DNA of 64,000 nucleotides, taken from the NCBI GenBank assembly GCA_036677065.1, contig JAKFBS010000001.1, positions 640,001 through 704,000 of the forward strand, read 5' to 3'. Position 1 is the first letter of the stretch; each line of letters opens with the position of its first letter. The stretch is from Bdellovibrio sp. (GTDB lineage Bacteria > Bdellovibrionota > Bdellovibrionia > Bdellovibrionales > Bdellovibrionaceae). Below the pieces are notes generated by a model. The model ran no database searches. It had not been told where the DNA came from and saw only the letters and a list, made by a program, of their open reading frames with translations. This document shows positions 1 through 9,556 of the stretch, piece after piece. A program made the translations under genes and the position numbers.

Positions 1-1
1 T

Positions 2-493
2 TGAATATTGAGCGGCTGCTGAATCGTCGAAGGTATCAAAGTATTTCGATAAGCCAGTCTTTTTAAGTACATGCGGGTTGCCAGCGAAAAACCCAGTGCG
101 ATAACTTTTGTGATACGCAGCCTCTTGTGCGGTTTTAACTTGCGAGTTTAATTGATCAAAACTGCGATGCACGCCGTGAACCAGCGGATACTGGCCAGTT
201 AATATTGATCCCATCGCGGCAGCAGGTTGTAAGGATGTGGTGTAAGCATGAGTGAAGCGCATGAACTCTTTACAAATCAGAGCGATGCCCGAATTGTCGT
301 CGTTTTTTTCTTCAGAACAGTTCAAACGTTCGTTATCGAGCTGGTCAAATGCCAGAATTAACACAGATTTTTTTGTTTCACTTTGGCAAGAAGTCTGGAA
401 AACAAACAACATAATAAACAAAACAGTGACAAAAACCGGTCGGGCCCAGACTTTGGTATATTGAGTAAAATTGAGTTTTTTTGACCGGCTCAT
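2..493 (-). CDS. Sulfatase/alkaline-phosphatase-superfamily protein, probable lipoprotein (runs off window start)
   Basis: Not in the ORF track. Hand translation from ATG 493: MSRSKKLNF...LFVFQTSC...SVLILAFDQL...FTHAYTTSLQPAAAMGSILTGQYPLVHGV, resembling the sulfatase N-terminal signature. Confidence 0.7.
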   Translation of the reverse strand, partial: MSRSKKLNFTQYTKVWARPVFVTVLFIMLFVFQTSCQSETKKSVLILAFDQLDNERLNCSEEKNDDNSGIALICKEFMRFTHAYTTSLQPAAAMGSILTGQYPLVHGVHRSFDQLNSQVKTAQEAAYHKSYRTGFFAGNPHVLKKTGLSKYFDTFDDSAAAQYS

Positions 494-546
494 GAACTAA
501 CATCATAATGACTAAGTAATAAATGTAAAGACTAAAGGAGCCTTCA

Positions 547-1173
547 ATGTTCACTGACAAAATTTTCGCCGTAGCTCATTACGCAGACCAATTCGTGTTA
601 TTGGTTTTAGTATTAATGAGTGTGATTTCAATCGCTATGATTTTTGAAAGATTTATGACTTTAAAAAAAGTCGCATCAGAAAGCGAACGTGTACGTGCAC
701 GCGTACGTATGGCTTTGCAAACCGGTTCTGTGAGTGATTATGAAGATATCGCAAAAGATCCAACTTCAATCGAAGGCCGTGCTGCAGGGCAAGCGTTAAA
801 ACATTTTAAACAAAATGGTGAGCCTGGTTTTACTGAAGTATTTAATACTTTTATTTTAACTGAAAAACCAGATCTGGAAAAATTTCTTCCGGTACTGGCA
901 ACGATTGCATCGAATGCTCCGTTTATCGGGTTATTCGGTACAGTGTTAGGTATCATGAAAGCATTTAATGATTTGGCAATGGCTCCAGAAGCCGGTCAGC
1001 AAACTGTTATGGCCGGTATTTCGGTAGCTTTAGTAGCAACAGCTGCAGGTTTATTCGTGGCGATTCCGGCCGGTATGTTTTTCAATTATTTTACGCGCAA
1101 AGTTCGCACGATTATCAATAGTGTTGAGTCGGTTAAAGAACTTGGTATCGCATACACTAAAAAAACGAAATAG
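547..1173 (+). CDS. MotA/TolQ/ExbB proton channel protein
   Basis: APFIGLFGTVLGIMKAF and ALVATAAGLFVAIPA signatures; RBS AAGGAG. Confidence 0.92.
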   Translation: MFTDKIFAVAHYADQFVLLVLVLMSVISIAMIFERFMTLKKVASESERVRARVRMALQTGSVSDYEDIAKDPTSIEGRAAGQALKHFKQNGEPGFTEVFNTFILTEKPDLEKFLPVLATIASNAPFIGLFGTVLGIMKAFNDLAMAPEAGQQTVMAGISVALVATAAGLFVAIPAGMFFNYFTRKVRTIINSVESVKELGIAYTKKTK

Positions 1174-1180
1174 GTGAGTT

Positions 1181-1582
1181 ATGGCTTTTAAAGCTGACCA
1201 AGATGAAATTATGTCAGAAATTAACGTCGTACCACTGGTCGACGTTATTCTGGTTGTATTGATTATTTTTATGGTGACGGCGCCAATGATTATGAAGCCG
1301 TCAATTAATGTTAATCTTCCAAAAGCGGCTTCAGGCGAAGCGACGACACCTTCAAAATTAAATATTACGATCAGTAATGACGGAAAATTAAATTTAGATG
1401 GTGAAATCGTTGAAGACGCCCAAGTGCAGGCGAAAGCTTTAGAAGAAGTCGGTAAAAATCCTGATATTCAGGCGATTATTGCGGCCGATAAAGATGTTCC
1501 GCATGGCCGTGTGGTGTCGGTTTTAGATATCGTTAAAGGTGCGGGCGTAAAAAAATTCGCCATCAGCATCGATAAAAAGTAA
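1181..1582 (+). CDS. ExbD/TolR biopolymer transport protein
   Basis: EINVVPLVDVILVVLIIFMVTAP signature; follows ExbB/TolQ. Confidence 0.92.
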   Translation: MAFKADQDEIMSEINVVPLVDVILVVLIIFMVTAPMIMKPSINVNLPKAASGEATTPSKLNITISNDGKLNLDGEIVEDAQVQAKALEEVGKNPDIQAIIAADKDVPHGRVVSVLDIVKGAGVKKFAISIDKK

Positions 1583-1597
1583 TTTTGAATTCAAAAT

Positions 1598-1640
1598 GAA
1601 AATAAAAAGGGTGGTCAGCTAGATCACCCTTTTTATTTTC
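1598..1640. terminator. Bidirectional intrinsic terminator
   Basis: GAAAATAAAAAGGGTG...CACCCTTTTTATTTTC inverted repeat between convergent genes. Confidence 0.85.
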
Positions 1641-1656
1641 GAATTTCATTTTTTTG

Positions 1657-2241
1657 TTAGTACCAGTATTTTACAGCGCCATTTACGGTTAATGAGTCGT
1701 TTTCCAGATCTCCTTGTTCTTCAACAAAGTTGTAACGAGCATTTGCACCGAGTGTGACATATTCTTTGTCTATATCACTTACCGGAATATCGAATCCGAT
1801 CATTGGGGCTGCCACAGCTAAAGAATCGTCATCGGTAATCAGCGCACCGACACCTAAAGCGACCCAGCTATGTTTGATGAATGTTGTGTCGCCACCGAAT
1901 GCGTATCCGGCTTTAAGTAAAGCTGTATGCACATCTTCTTCGGCATCGCCTGATCCAACTTGTGAAAAACCGTATTCAAGCCCTAGCGTGAAATTTTGTT
2001 TCGTTGGGGCGTAGCCGATATCAAGACCGATATTAGTTTCATCATCACCATCACTATCCTCTGGCATAACAGCACCAGCTAGAAGGCCAACATGCGGTTT
2101 ATATTCTGAAGTAAACATATTAGGTTTTCTCATACTTAAATAACCCGAATCGTCCTGAGCTGCGGCAGATAAACTAAAACAAGTACATGACGCTACAATA
2201 ACCAATAACTTAGTAACTAAACTAGACATTCTATTTTTCAT
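1657..2241 (-). CDS. Small outer-membrane beta-barrel protein
   Basis: Signal peptide (..SAAAQ), alternating beta-strand pattern, C-terminal VKYWY; ATG 2241 preceded by GGAG. Confidence 0.7.
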   Translation of the reverse strand: MKNRMSSLVTKLLVIVASCTCFSLSAAAQDDSGYLSMRKPNMFTSEYKPHVGLLAGAVMPEDSDGDDETNIGLDIGYAPTKQNFTLGLEYGFSQVGSGDAEEDVHTALLKAGYAFGGDTTFIKHSWVALGVGALITDDDSLAVAAPMIGFDIPVSDIDKEYVTLGANARYNFVEEQGDLENDSLTVNGAVKYWY

Positions 2242-2419
2242 AAACTCCTCCTTGTAGTTAACCCACTTATAATGAGCAAATCGAAGTACCGAGTCATTTG
2301 TCCCAGATTGGGCCGTTTTCACTCTAATTTTGTTTTATATTGAGACTCTGTGACGACATATGCCGAGAACTATTCCTCAATTGAGTTCAATTTCACCAGA
2401 CCAAATCCGATAAGAATAT

Positions 2420-2944
2420 GTGATCAAAAACTTACGACGCCGACATAAAAGTATAATCATAGCTGTGCTATGCTTGATGGTAACATCAGGTGTAAGCGGT
2501 TATTATATTTTTAAACCTGCGCCACGCCTGCAAAACTTTTCAGGTCGTTCACCGGCCTCGATTCAACCACTGGAAGCTGTGCAAGATGAGCCCGCATTCT
2601 TTGCTGGGGATGAAATTAAAAAACCAACTCCGTTTGAAACAACGTTGGCCTTAGATTGCCAAGAGCTGTTTGCTGAGAATTCTAAAATCAGTTCAGCGAG
2701 TGTGTCTTCAGGTCATGTTATTTTAAAACTTTCACACTGCGCGAAACAAATCGAGTCGGTGAAAAACATTGAACTGATTAACAAAACAAATGGTTACAAT
2801 GCGCAATTATTTAAGCTGAGCAAGACGCAATTTAATTCAGATTTTATTCAGCTGGATAAGGGCGATAATCACCTCGAATTCGAAATCAGCCTAAACGACG
2901 GGCAAAAAAAACTGCAAATATTTAAAATTCAGCGAATTCAATAG
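2420..2944 (+). CDS. Hypothetical membrane-anchored protein
   Basis: N-terminal TM segment, RSPAS motif, beta-rich C-terminus; CCGATAA box upstream. Confidence 0.65.
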   Translation: MIKNLRRRHKSIIIAVLCLMVTSGVSGYYIFKPAPRLQNFSGRSPASIQPLEAVQDEPAFFAGDEIKKPTPFETTLALDCQELFAENSKISSASVSSGHVILKLSHCAKQIESVKNIELINKTNGYNAQLFKLSKTQFNSDFIQLDKGDNHLEFEISLNDGQKKLQIFKIQRIQ

Positions 2945-3010
2945 GCTAAATAGCCGATTTGACCGCTTTTTGGGTGACAGGAACGCTGGCTTTACATAAT
3001 TTTATGCGGC

Positions 3011-3688
3011 GTGAATGACACTCAAAGTTCTCAAAATTTAAACAGTCTGGCCGGCGATTTAAAAAAGCGCTCCGATGTTCATATTGCCCGTAAAATCTGG
3101 CATATGACCGGCGTAAGCATTTTCTTTATTGGCTGGTCGCTTTTACCACATTGGTTAAGCATGAGTTTATTAATTCTTGGTTGGTTCGCATTTGTGCCGC
3201 CAGATTTAATTCGTTTATATAATCCAAATTTAAATCGTATTCTAACTCGTTGGTTTCGCCCCATTATGCGCAAGAACGAATTGGATCGTCCGGCGGGAAC
3301 AACGTACTTGCTGACCGGTGTTATTTTTATCGGGTTTATTTTTCCGCCAGAAATCGTGGGCTTAAGCTTATTATTTTTAGCGTTTGCCGACCCGATTGCT
3401 AGTTATATAGGAATTCGTTATGGCAAAGATAAAATATTTGGCCATAAATCAGTGCAAGGGTTTCTTGCCGCATTTGTCGTTTGTTTTTTAGCGACGTTTA
3501 TTTACTTATACTTAAAAAATATCAGCGATTATATTTTGATCGTAAGTCTGATTGCAGGCCTAATAGGGGCTTTAGCTGAGTTAGTCCCGATTGCAAAAAT
3601 TGATGATAATTTTACGATGCCAGTATTAAGCAGCGTCGGTTTGTACTTTATTTTTACTTTTTTTAATATTTTCCAGCACTTAAAATAA
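3011..3688 (+). CDS. CTP-dependent diacylglycerol/polyprenol (dolichol/phytol) kinase family
   Basis: RKIWH, ADPIASYIGIRYG, KSVQG and IDDNFTMP motifs; multi-TM. Confidence 0.8.
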   Translation: MNDTQSSQNLNSLAGDLKKRSDVHIARKIWHMTGVSIFFIGWSLLPHWLSMSLLILGWFAFVPPDLIRLYNPNLNRILTRWFRPIMRKNELDRPAGTTYLLTGVIFIGFIFPPEIVGLSLLFLAFADPIASYIGIRYGKDKIFGHKSVQGFLAAFVVCFLATFIYLYLKNISDYILIVSLIAGLIGALAELVPIAKIDDNFTMPVLSSVGLYFIFTFFNIFQHLK

Positions 3689-3704
3689 CAACATAGGATT
3701 TATT

Positions 3705-4523
3705 ATGGTTGATCAATTCGATGAACTTGAAGAAAAAACAACATCAGGCAAACGCTTAGGCATGTATGTCTACATTTTGCCAAATCTGGTAACGATTGGA
3801 AATTTATTCTGCGGCTTTTTTTCAATTATCAAAACTTTTGAAAAAGACTATAAAGTGGCAGCGATCGCCATCGTGATTGCTGCGATTTTTGACCAGTTAG
3901 ATGGCCGTCTTGCAAGATTAACCCGTGCAACTTCTCAGTTCGGTGCCGAACTTGATTCATTATGTGATGCAGTTAGCTTCGGTGTTGCACCAGGAATGTT
4001 AATGTATTTCTGGGCTTTACAACCATTCGGGCGTTTAGGTTACATGGCGGGCTTTTTATTCGCAGCATGCGGAGTTTTACGTTTAGCGCGCTTCAATGTT
4101 CAAGTTGGTGTGGTCGAGAAAAATTACTTTCAAGGTTTACCAATTCCAATGGCTGGCGGCATTATCGCATCTGCGGTTTTAGCCTTTGAAGATATGGGTT
4201 GGGTTGCTGAAGGTAATGTCGGTTTATTAGTTGTAACTATGTTATTGGCTTTTGTGATGGTTTCTAATTTTAGATACCGTTCATTTAAAGATATCGATTT
4301 AAAACAACGTCTGCCATTTAAATATTTAATTGCCGGTGTGATTGTTTTATTTGTCGTAGCACTTCGTCCTGAGATGATGTTGTTTGTCTTATTCTTCGGT
4401 TACGCAGCTCTGGGTGCAGTTTTCGGAGTTTTTCGTTGGGGAAAAAACCGCAAACAATTACCAGCCAGCGTTTATGCTCCGGCGCAAACAAATGAAAAAG
4501 ATTTACAAGAAGAGGTCGACTAA
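3705..4523 (+). CDS. pssA: CDP-diacylglycerol--serine O-phosphatidyltransferase
   Basis: LPNLVT, DQLDGRLAR...GAELDSLCD (CDP-alcohol phosphotransferase motif), LRLARFN. Confidence 0.92.
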   Translation: MVDQFDELEEKTTSGKRLGMYVYILPNLVTIGNLFCGFFSIIKTFEKDYKVAAIAIVIAAIFDQLDGRLARLTRATSQFGAELDSLCDAVSFGVAPGMLMYFWALQPFGRLGYMAGFLFAACGVLRLARFNVQVGVVEKNYFQGLPIPMAGGIIASAVLAFEDMGWVAEGNVGLLVVTMLLAFVMVSNFRYRSFKDIDLKQRLPFKYLIAGVIVLFVVALRPEMMLFVLFFGYAALGAVFGVFRWGKNRKQLPASVYAPAQTNEKDLQEEVD

Positions 4524-5527
4524 TGAAACCTTGGAAAAAGGCTTTAAAAGTTGGTTTAGTGGGAGCCACTGGCGTTGTCGGTGAAACTTTCATTAACATG
4601 TTAGAAGAATATGCTTTACCCATTGAAGAACTGCGTCCCTTTGCTTCGCAAAATTCATTGGGCATTAAGCTTGAGCTAGCGGGCAAAGAGTGGGCTTGCC
4701 AGGTTTTAAAACAAGGCTGTTTTGATGGCCTTGATATGGTGTTCTTTTCTTCAGGTGATGACATTTCAAAAGAATGGGCGCCACATGCTGTAAAAGCCGG
4801 TGCATTCGCCATTGATAATTCAAATGCATTTCGTATGGATGAAGGCATTAATCTTGTCGTTCCTGAGGTAAATGGTAATTTATTAGATCAAAATTCTAAG
4901 CCACAAATTATCGCTAATCCAAATTGTTCAACGATTCAATTGGTTGTAGCCCTTAAGCCCTTACAAGATAAGTTTGGTATCACGGATGTCACAGTTTCTA
5001 GTTACCAAGCGGTGAGTGGTGCAGGTCTTCCGGGGTTTGATGAATTACTTGATCAAACTAAGAATTTTCAAACTCCTGATCACGAACCAAAGATTTTTCC
5101 TAAACAAATTCTTTTTAACTGTATTCCCCAAATTGGGGGCTTTGGCGCAGATGGTTTCTGCACTGAAGAAACTAAGATCATGAATGAAACAGTTAAAATC
5201 ATGGGTGATAAAGATATTAAAGTGTCTGCATTTACGGTGCGTATTCCGGCTTTGAATTCTCACTCTGAAGCCGTATGGGTGACTTTAAAAAAATCAGCTA
5301 CAAAAGACGAAGTGATCAACGCTTTAGGTTCTTTTGAAGGTTTAGCAGTGATGCAAGATGATTACCCGACAGCATTAGACGTTTCTGGAGAAGAACCGGT
5401 TTTTGTTGGACGTATTCACCAAGACCGCCACAATCCAAATCGTTGGTTAATGTGGGTGGTTTCAGACAATCTTAAAAAAGGTGCGGCGTTAAACGGCTTA
5501 CAAATCGCAGAACGCATTTTTTCCTAG
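4523..5527 (+). CDS. asd: Aspartate-semialdehyde dehydrogenase
   Basis: GATGVVG, ANPNCST, SYQAVSGAG, DNLKKGAALN. Confidence 0.96.
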   Translation: MKPWKKALKVGLVGATGVVGETFINMLEEYALPIEELRPFASQNSLGIKLELAGKEWACQVLKQGCFDGLDMVFFSSGDDISKEWAPHAVKAGAFAIDNSNAFRMDEGINLVVPEVNGNLLDQNSKPQIIANPNCSTIQLVVALKPLQDKFGITDVTVSSYQAVSGAGLPGFDELLDQTKNFQTPDHEPKIFPKQILFNCIPQIGGFGADGFCTEETKIMNETVKIMGDKDIKVSAFTVRIPALNSHSEAVWVTLKKSATKDEVINALGSFEGLAVMQDDYPTALDVSGEEPVFVGRIHQDRHNPNRWLMWVVSDNLKKGAALNGLQIAERIFS

Positions 5528-5563
5528 CAAAGCCTAGTCTCCTATGCTGCAATATTTAAAGAG

Positions 5564-7750
5564 ATGTTGCAGCGTAGTTTAATCCTTACATTATTGTTAT
5601 TTGTTCAAAATTTGCAGGCTGCAAGTTTTGAGATCATCAATGCAACAGGTGGAAGTTATACTGAGACCGATAGCAGCGGTAACATCACTTTGTACGGCGG
5701 CTTAGCCGGAACTTGCGCAAGCCCTTCATCAACATCAACTTGTAACACCTGCACTGACACTTCAGTTCCGCCAGTAGCTTGTAACCCGACGGCTATTAAT
5801 GGCACTTTAAATATTGGTATTACCGTTCGCACTGGTACAGCGATTCCAGTTGCAGGAGCTAAAGTTCGTGTTTACACCGAAACTTCTAGTGCTAACCGCG
5901 TTCAGATTGGTCTTGATGGCACAATCCCGGCGACAGCAGCGAGTTCGACGGTAACTATTCCGGTGACTTTTAACTGGGGCAACATTTGCCAGAATGACTC
6001 TCGCTTCTCAAATACAACATGTGTGGTCGCTTCGCCAGGTCCAAGTAATGGAACTGCATTTGAAACTGCACGAAAAATTGTGATCGGTATCGACGAAAAT
6101 GGTGATGGCGATATCGATGAAGATGATGAAATTGAAACGATGCCTATAAAATATCATTATCTTGATTCGACTCAAGCGTCGGTTTCTCAACAATCAGTAT
6201 GTACTGCGACAGATAATTCAAAGTTAGGTGCTTGCGGATTTGCACTAGATGTTGGCGGCGACGAAAAACTATTTATGCGTGATGTGATTTTATCTTCATC
6301 AACGCCTTTAGTTCCTGCCGATGCACCTGAGTGGTACGGGGTTGCGTTCTTTTATCAAGATCAAACAGGACAAGCTTTAAATCCGGCTAACGTTTCAACC
6401 GGCACAAATCCACCGATCATTAAGACCTACGATACAACTGATTATAGTATTGATGCCACGTTAAGCGGTTTTACCAATTACCACGATTATTGTTTAATCA
6501 TGGGTAATATTAACAAATCACAAAATATTTTTTATTTAACCACTGGTGGAGTTTCCGCGGATAACTGCGGAACTCCTTCAGAGGTCGTAGGTCTGTTAGA
6601 TGATAAAAGCTGTTTTATTTCAACAGCAGCTTTTGGTTCAGATATGGCTTTAGAAGTTGAAACGTTTAGACGGTTTCGTAATCATTTTTTAATTCCGTAT
6701 GATTTTGGCCGTGATTTTATCAAAGCGTATTATGAACTTAGTCCACCAGCGGCCAATTTTATCGCCCAGTCTGAAGGGTTAAGGTTTGCTGCTCGCGTGC
6801 TTTTGTATCCTTTTTATTTTTTCTCGGTGTTAAGTCTTAAATTTGGCTTTTTATTCGCGCTCTTATCAGTCGTGATGACATTACTGTTTATTCGCCAATT
6901 GAAATTTTTTATGCAGATCTGGAAAAGCTTCGGTTTAAGTAACCGTTCACGCTTAAAAATCTGGATTCTTTTATTTTCATTAGCGTTTATTGCACAGTCG
7001 CGCTCATACGCTCAGATTTTTCCCAACGAAAAAAAGGTGCAAAAGCCGGGCGCCGAAGCTGATGGCTTAGTTAAAATTGATAAAGACGGCGTTTATATTT
7101 ATAAGCCTGAATTGCAAAACGCAAAACATTCAAGTCATGTGCGTTTCGGCATGGTTTCAAATCCGGATGTTGAATCAGAAATCTGTGACGAAAATGATTC
7201 AAACTGCCAGACAATTTCTTTTGATGACATCTACAGCGGCGCTTCAGGGGTGGGTTTTGAATATGTGTATGAGTACTTCTTTTTTACAGATAGCGGAACT
7301 AACTTCGGTAAATTAGGCGGCCAACTTGGTATTTCAGCAAGTTATGCTCAAGGCAACGGGCGTTTAGTTTCAAATTTAAGTACTGAATCAATCGAATCAT
7401 TTACTTTTTTAACGGTTCCGATGTTTGCAGGTGCTGTTTATCGTTTTGAATACCGTGATCGCCAAGTTTTGGTTCCCTATGCCGGTGGTGGCGGTGTTTA
7501 CACGGTTTTAGCCGAAAAGCGTGAGGACCGTTCGGACATTAAAGGGATTGGTGCTCCGGGTTTTTACGCCATTGGTGGCGGGCTATTAAATATCTCAGCC
7601 TTAGATCGTGATTTAGGGGCAGATTTCGAAGCTGAATACGATATTAAAAATTTATGGTTAAGTGCTGAATTCAAATTTATCAGCGTTAGCTCTGAAGCTT
7701 TTTCATTAGAAAATGGCTATGTCCAGGCCGGAATGGGTTTTGACTTCTAG
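5564..7750 (+). CDS. Secreted Cys-rich protein with internal CFI-box-CTERM-like segment and C-terminal beta-barrel-like domain
   Basis: Signal peptide; SCFISTAAFGS...FRRFRNHFL...YYELSPPAA; hydrophobic segments; C-terminus ends GMGFDF. Confidence 0.7.
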   Translation: MLQRSLILTLLLFVQNLQAASFEIINATGGSYTETDSSGNITLYGGLAGTCASPSSTSTCNTCTDTSVPPVACNPTAINGTLNIGITVRTGTAIPVAGAKVRVYTETSSANRVQIGLDGTIPATAASSTVTIPVTFNWGNICQNDSRFSNTTCVVASPGPSNGTAFETARKIVIGIDENGDGDIDEDDEIETMPIKYHYLDSTQASVSQQSVCTATDNSKLGACGFALDVGGDEKLFMRDVILSSSTPLVPADAPEWYGVAFFYQDQTGQALNPANVSTGTNPPIIKTYDTTDYSIDATLSGFTNYHDYCLIMGNINKSQNIFYLTTGGVSADNCGTPSEVVGLLDDKSCFISTAAFGSDMALEVETFRRFRNHFLIPYDFGRDFIKAYYELSPPAANFIAQSEGLRFAARVLLYPFYFFSVLSLKFGFLFALLSVVMTLLFIRQLKFFMQIWKSFGLSNRSRLKIWILLFSLAFIAQSRSYAQIFPNEKKVQKPGAEADGLVKIDKDGVYIYKPELQNAKHSSHVRFGMVSNPDVESEICDENDSNCQTISFDDIYSGASGVGFEYVYEYFFFTDSGTNFGKLGGQLGISASYAQGNGRLVSNLSTESIESFTFLTVPMFAGAVYRFEYRDRQVLVPYAGGGGVYTVLAEKREDRSDIKGIGAPGFYAIGGGLLNISALDRDLGADFEAEYDIKNLWLSAEFKFISVSSEAFSLENGYVQAGMGFDF

Positions 7751-7789
7751 TCGATAGACTTCACACCACAACTATATTAAAAGCTCTCT

Positions 7790-8587
7790 ATGCCTAGAAT
7801 TAAATTTATCGTAAGCTATGACGGAACCGACTATTGTGGTTGGCAACGGCAAACGGCAACTCATGAAAACAACACCAAGCCCAGCGTTAGCCAGACGATC
7901 ACTAAGGCTTTAGAAAAAATATTTAAACACGATATTAATTTAAATGCCTCAGGCCGAACTGATGCTGGTGTGCATGCACTTAATCAGGTTTGTCACTTCG
8001 ATACGACTCGTGCTGAAGAGAAAATGATTGGCTGGGATTTGGGTTGGGCCCTGCAATCAAAACTTCCTGAATCTATAGTTATTAAAAAAGCGTGGATCGC
8101 TCCACCGGAATTTCACTCAACGATCTCGGCTGATAAAAAAACTTACCGCTACTTAGTCTTAAATACTCACACTCCCAGTGCTATTAATGCGCGTAACATG
8201 GGGTGGATGCGAAAGCCCATGGATTTAGACTATTTTAATGAGTGCACTAAATATATAATTGGTGAGCATGACTTCAAAAGCTTCCAATCTGTAGGCACTG
8301 TGGTGCCTCATACGGTGCGTACGGTGCACGAAGCTAAGTGGGAATGGCGTAATGAAAAAGTTGCTCAATTTACGATCACAGGCTCTGGATTTTTAAAACA
8401 AATGGTCAGAAATATCGTGGGAACGCAATTACTGGCATTTCGCAAGGACTGGAAGCCAGAAATTATGCAGGAGATCCTGATGGCGCAGGACCGCCGCAAA
8501 GCTGGTCCCCCAGCCGAAGCCCGGGGTCTTTATTTATTGCGAGTTTATTATCCCCAAGACCTTGACAATAGGTGCCGTCAACTTTAA
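7790..8587 (+). CDS. truA: tRNA pseudouridine(38-40) synthase
   Basis: YDGTDYCGWQ, SGRTDAGVHA, GFLKQMVRNIVG. Confidence 0.95.
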   Translation: MPRIKFIVSYDGTDYCGWQRQTATHENNTKPSVSQTITKALEKIFKHDINLNASGRTDAGVHALNQVCHFDTTRAEEKMIGWDLGWALQSKLPESIVIKKAWIAPPEFHSTISADKKTYRYLVLNTHTPSAINARNMGWMRKPMDLDYFNECTKYIIGEHDFKSFQSVGTVVPHTVRTVHEAKWEWRNEKVAQFTITGSGFLKQMVRNIVGTQLLAFRKDWKPEIMQEILMAQDRRKAGPPAEARGLYLLRVYYPQDLDNRCRQL

Positions 8588-8590
8588 AAC
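8562..8590 (+). promoter_or_regulatory. Probable sigma70 promoter for rplM-rpsI inside the truA 3' end
   Basis: TTGACA (8562) - 17 nt - TAAAAC (8585), 25 nt before rplM start. Confidence 0.55.
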
Positions 8591-8615
8591 ACTCATTCTA
8601 TCTTTGGAGATATAA

Positions 8616-9062
8616 ATGAAAACTTGGAACGCAAAAACTGAAGAAACAGACAGACAGTGGTACGTTGTAGACGCTTCTGGCTTAAGATTAGGTCGCTTAG
8701 CGACTCACGTAGCAAATGTTTTACGTGGCAAAAACTTACCTACATTCACACCTAATGCTGACGCTGGTGGTTTTGTTGTTGTTATCAACTCTGACAAAAT
8801 TGAATTAACAGGTAACAAATGGAACACAAAAAAGTACTACAGACATTCTCGCTTTTTTGGATCATTAAAAGAAAAAACAGCTGAGATCATGAGAGCAGAA
8901 AATTCTGCATTCATTATCGAAGATGCAGTAAAAGGTATGTTACCAGTTAACAAACTTTCTAAAACATTAATTACAAAACTTAAAGTATACCCTGGTGCTG
9001 AGCATCCTCATGCTGCTCAAAAACCTCAAGCGCTTACAATCAAAGTTAAGACTACGAAATAA
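8616..9062 (+). CDS. rplM: 50S ribosomal protein L13
   Basis: WYVVDA..LGRLAT..LRGK..FTP; KLKVYPGAEHPHAAQ. Confidence 0.97.
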   Translation: MKTWNAKTEETDRQWYVVDASGLRLGRLATHVANVLRGKNLPTFTPNADAGGFVVVINSDKIELTGNKWNTKKYYRHSRFFGSLKEKTAEIMRAENSAFIIEDAVKGMLPVNKLSKTLITKLKVYPGAEHPHAAQKPQALTIKVKTTK

Positions 9063-9076
9063 GAAGGTAAATGAAT

Positions 9077-9478
9077 ATGGCAGCAGCAGCAGAAAAATTA
9101 TTTTATGCAACTGGTAGAAGAAAAACGAGCTCAGCTCGTGTTTACTTAAAACCAGGTAAAGGCAAAGTAACTATCAATGGTAAAGAATCAGATAGCTATT
9201 TAACTCGTTTACAATCTCGCATGGTGATCATGCAACCTATCGAACTATTAGGCCAAGCTGGTAAATTTGATTTACGAGTTATGGTTGCTGGTGGTGGTGA
9301 GTCAGGCCAAGCCGGAGCAATCCGTCACGGTGTTACTCGCGCATTAATTTTATTCAATCCTGAGTTCAAAGGTGAACTTAAAAAAGCTGGATTTGTTACG
9401 CGTGACCCTCGTATGGTTGAACGTAAAAAATACGGTATCCGTGGTGCTCGTCGTCGCGGTCAATACTCAAAACGTTAA
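9077..9478 (+). CDS. rpsI: 30S ribosomal protein S9
   Basis: [37 protein letters not shown]...YSKR; start may be 9071. Confidence 0.97.
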   Translation: MAAAAEKLFYATGRRKTSSARVYLKPGKGKVTINGKESDSYLTRLQSRMVIMQPIELLGQAGKFDLRVMVAGGGESGQAGAIRHGVTRALILFNPEFKGELKKAGFVTRDPRMVERKKYGIRGARRRGQYSKR

Positions 9479-9522
9479 TCGTTACGAGTTACCGAAAGAA
9501 ATCATTCCAAAGATGGTTTACG

Positions 9523-9556
9523 AAAAAACCCAATCGAAAGATTGGGTTTTTTTTTG
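9523..9556 (+). terminator. Intrinsic terminator after rpsI
   Basis: AAAAAACCCAATC-GAAA-GATTGGGTTTTTT followed by T run. Confidence 0.9.

Noticed and set aside
252..560. Short ORFs 252-464 (+) and 378-560 (-) from the ORF track
   Set aside because: They overlap a better-supported sulfatase-like CDS on the minus strand (2-493).
4318..4848. 176-aa minus-strand ORF, and similar antisense ORFs such as 32658-33212 and 17407-17769
   Set aside because: Antisense to well-supported genes, with no recognisable motifs.
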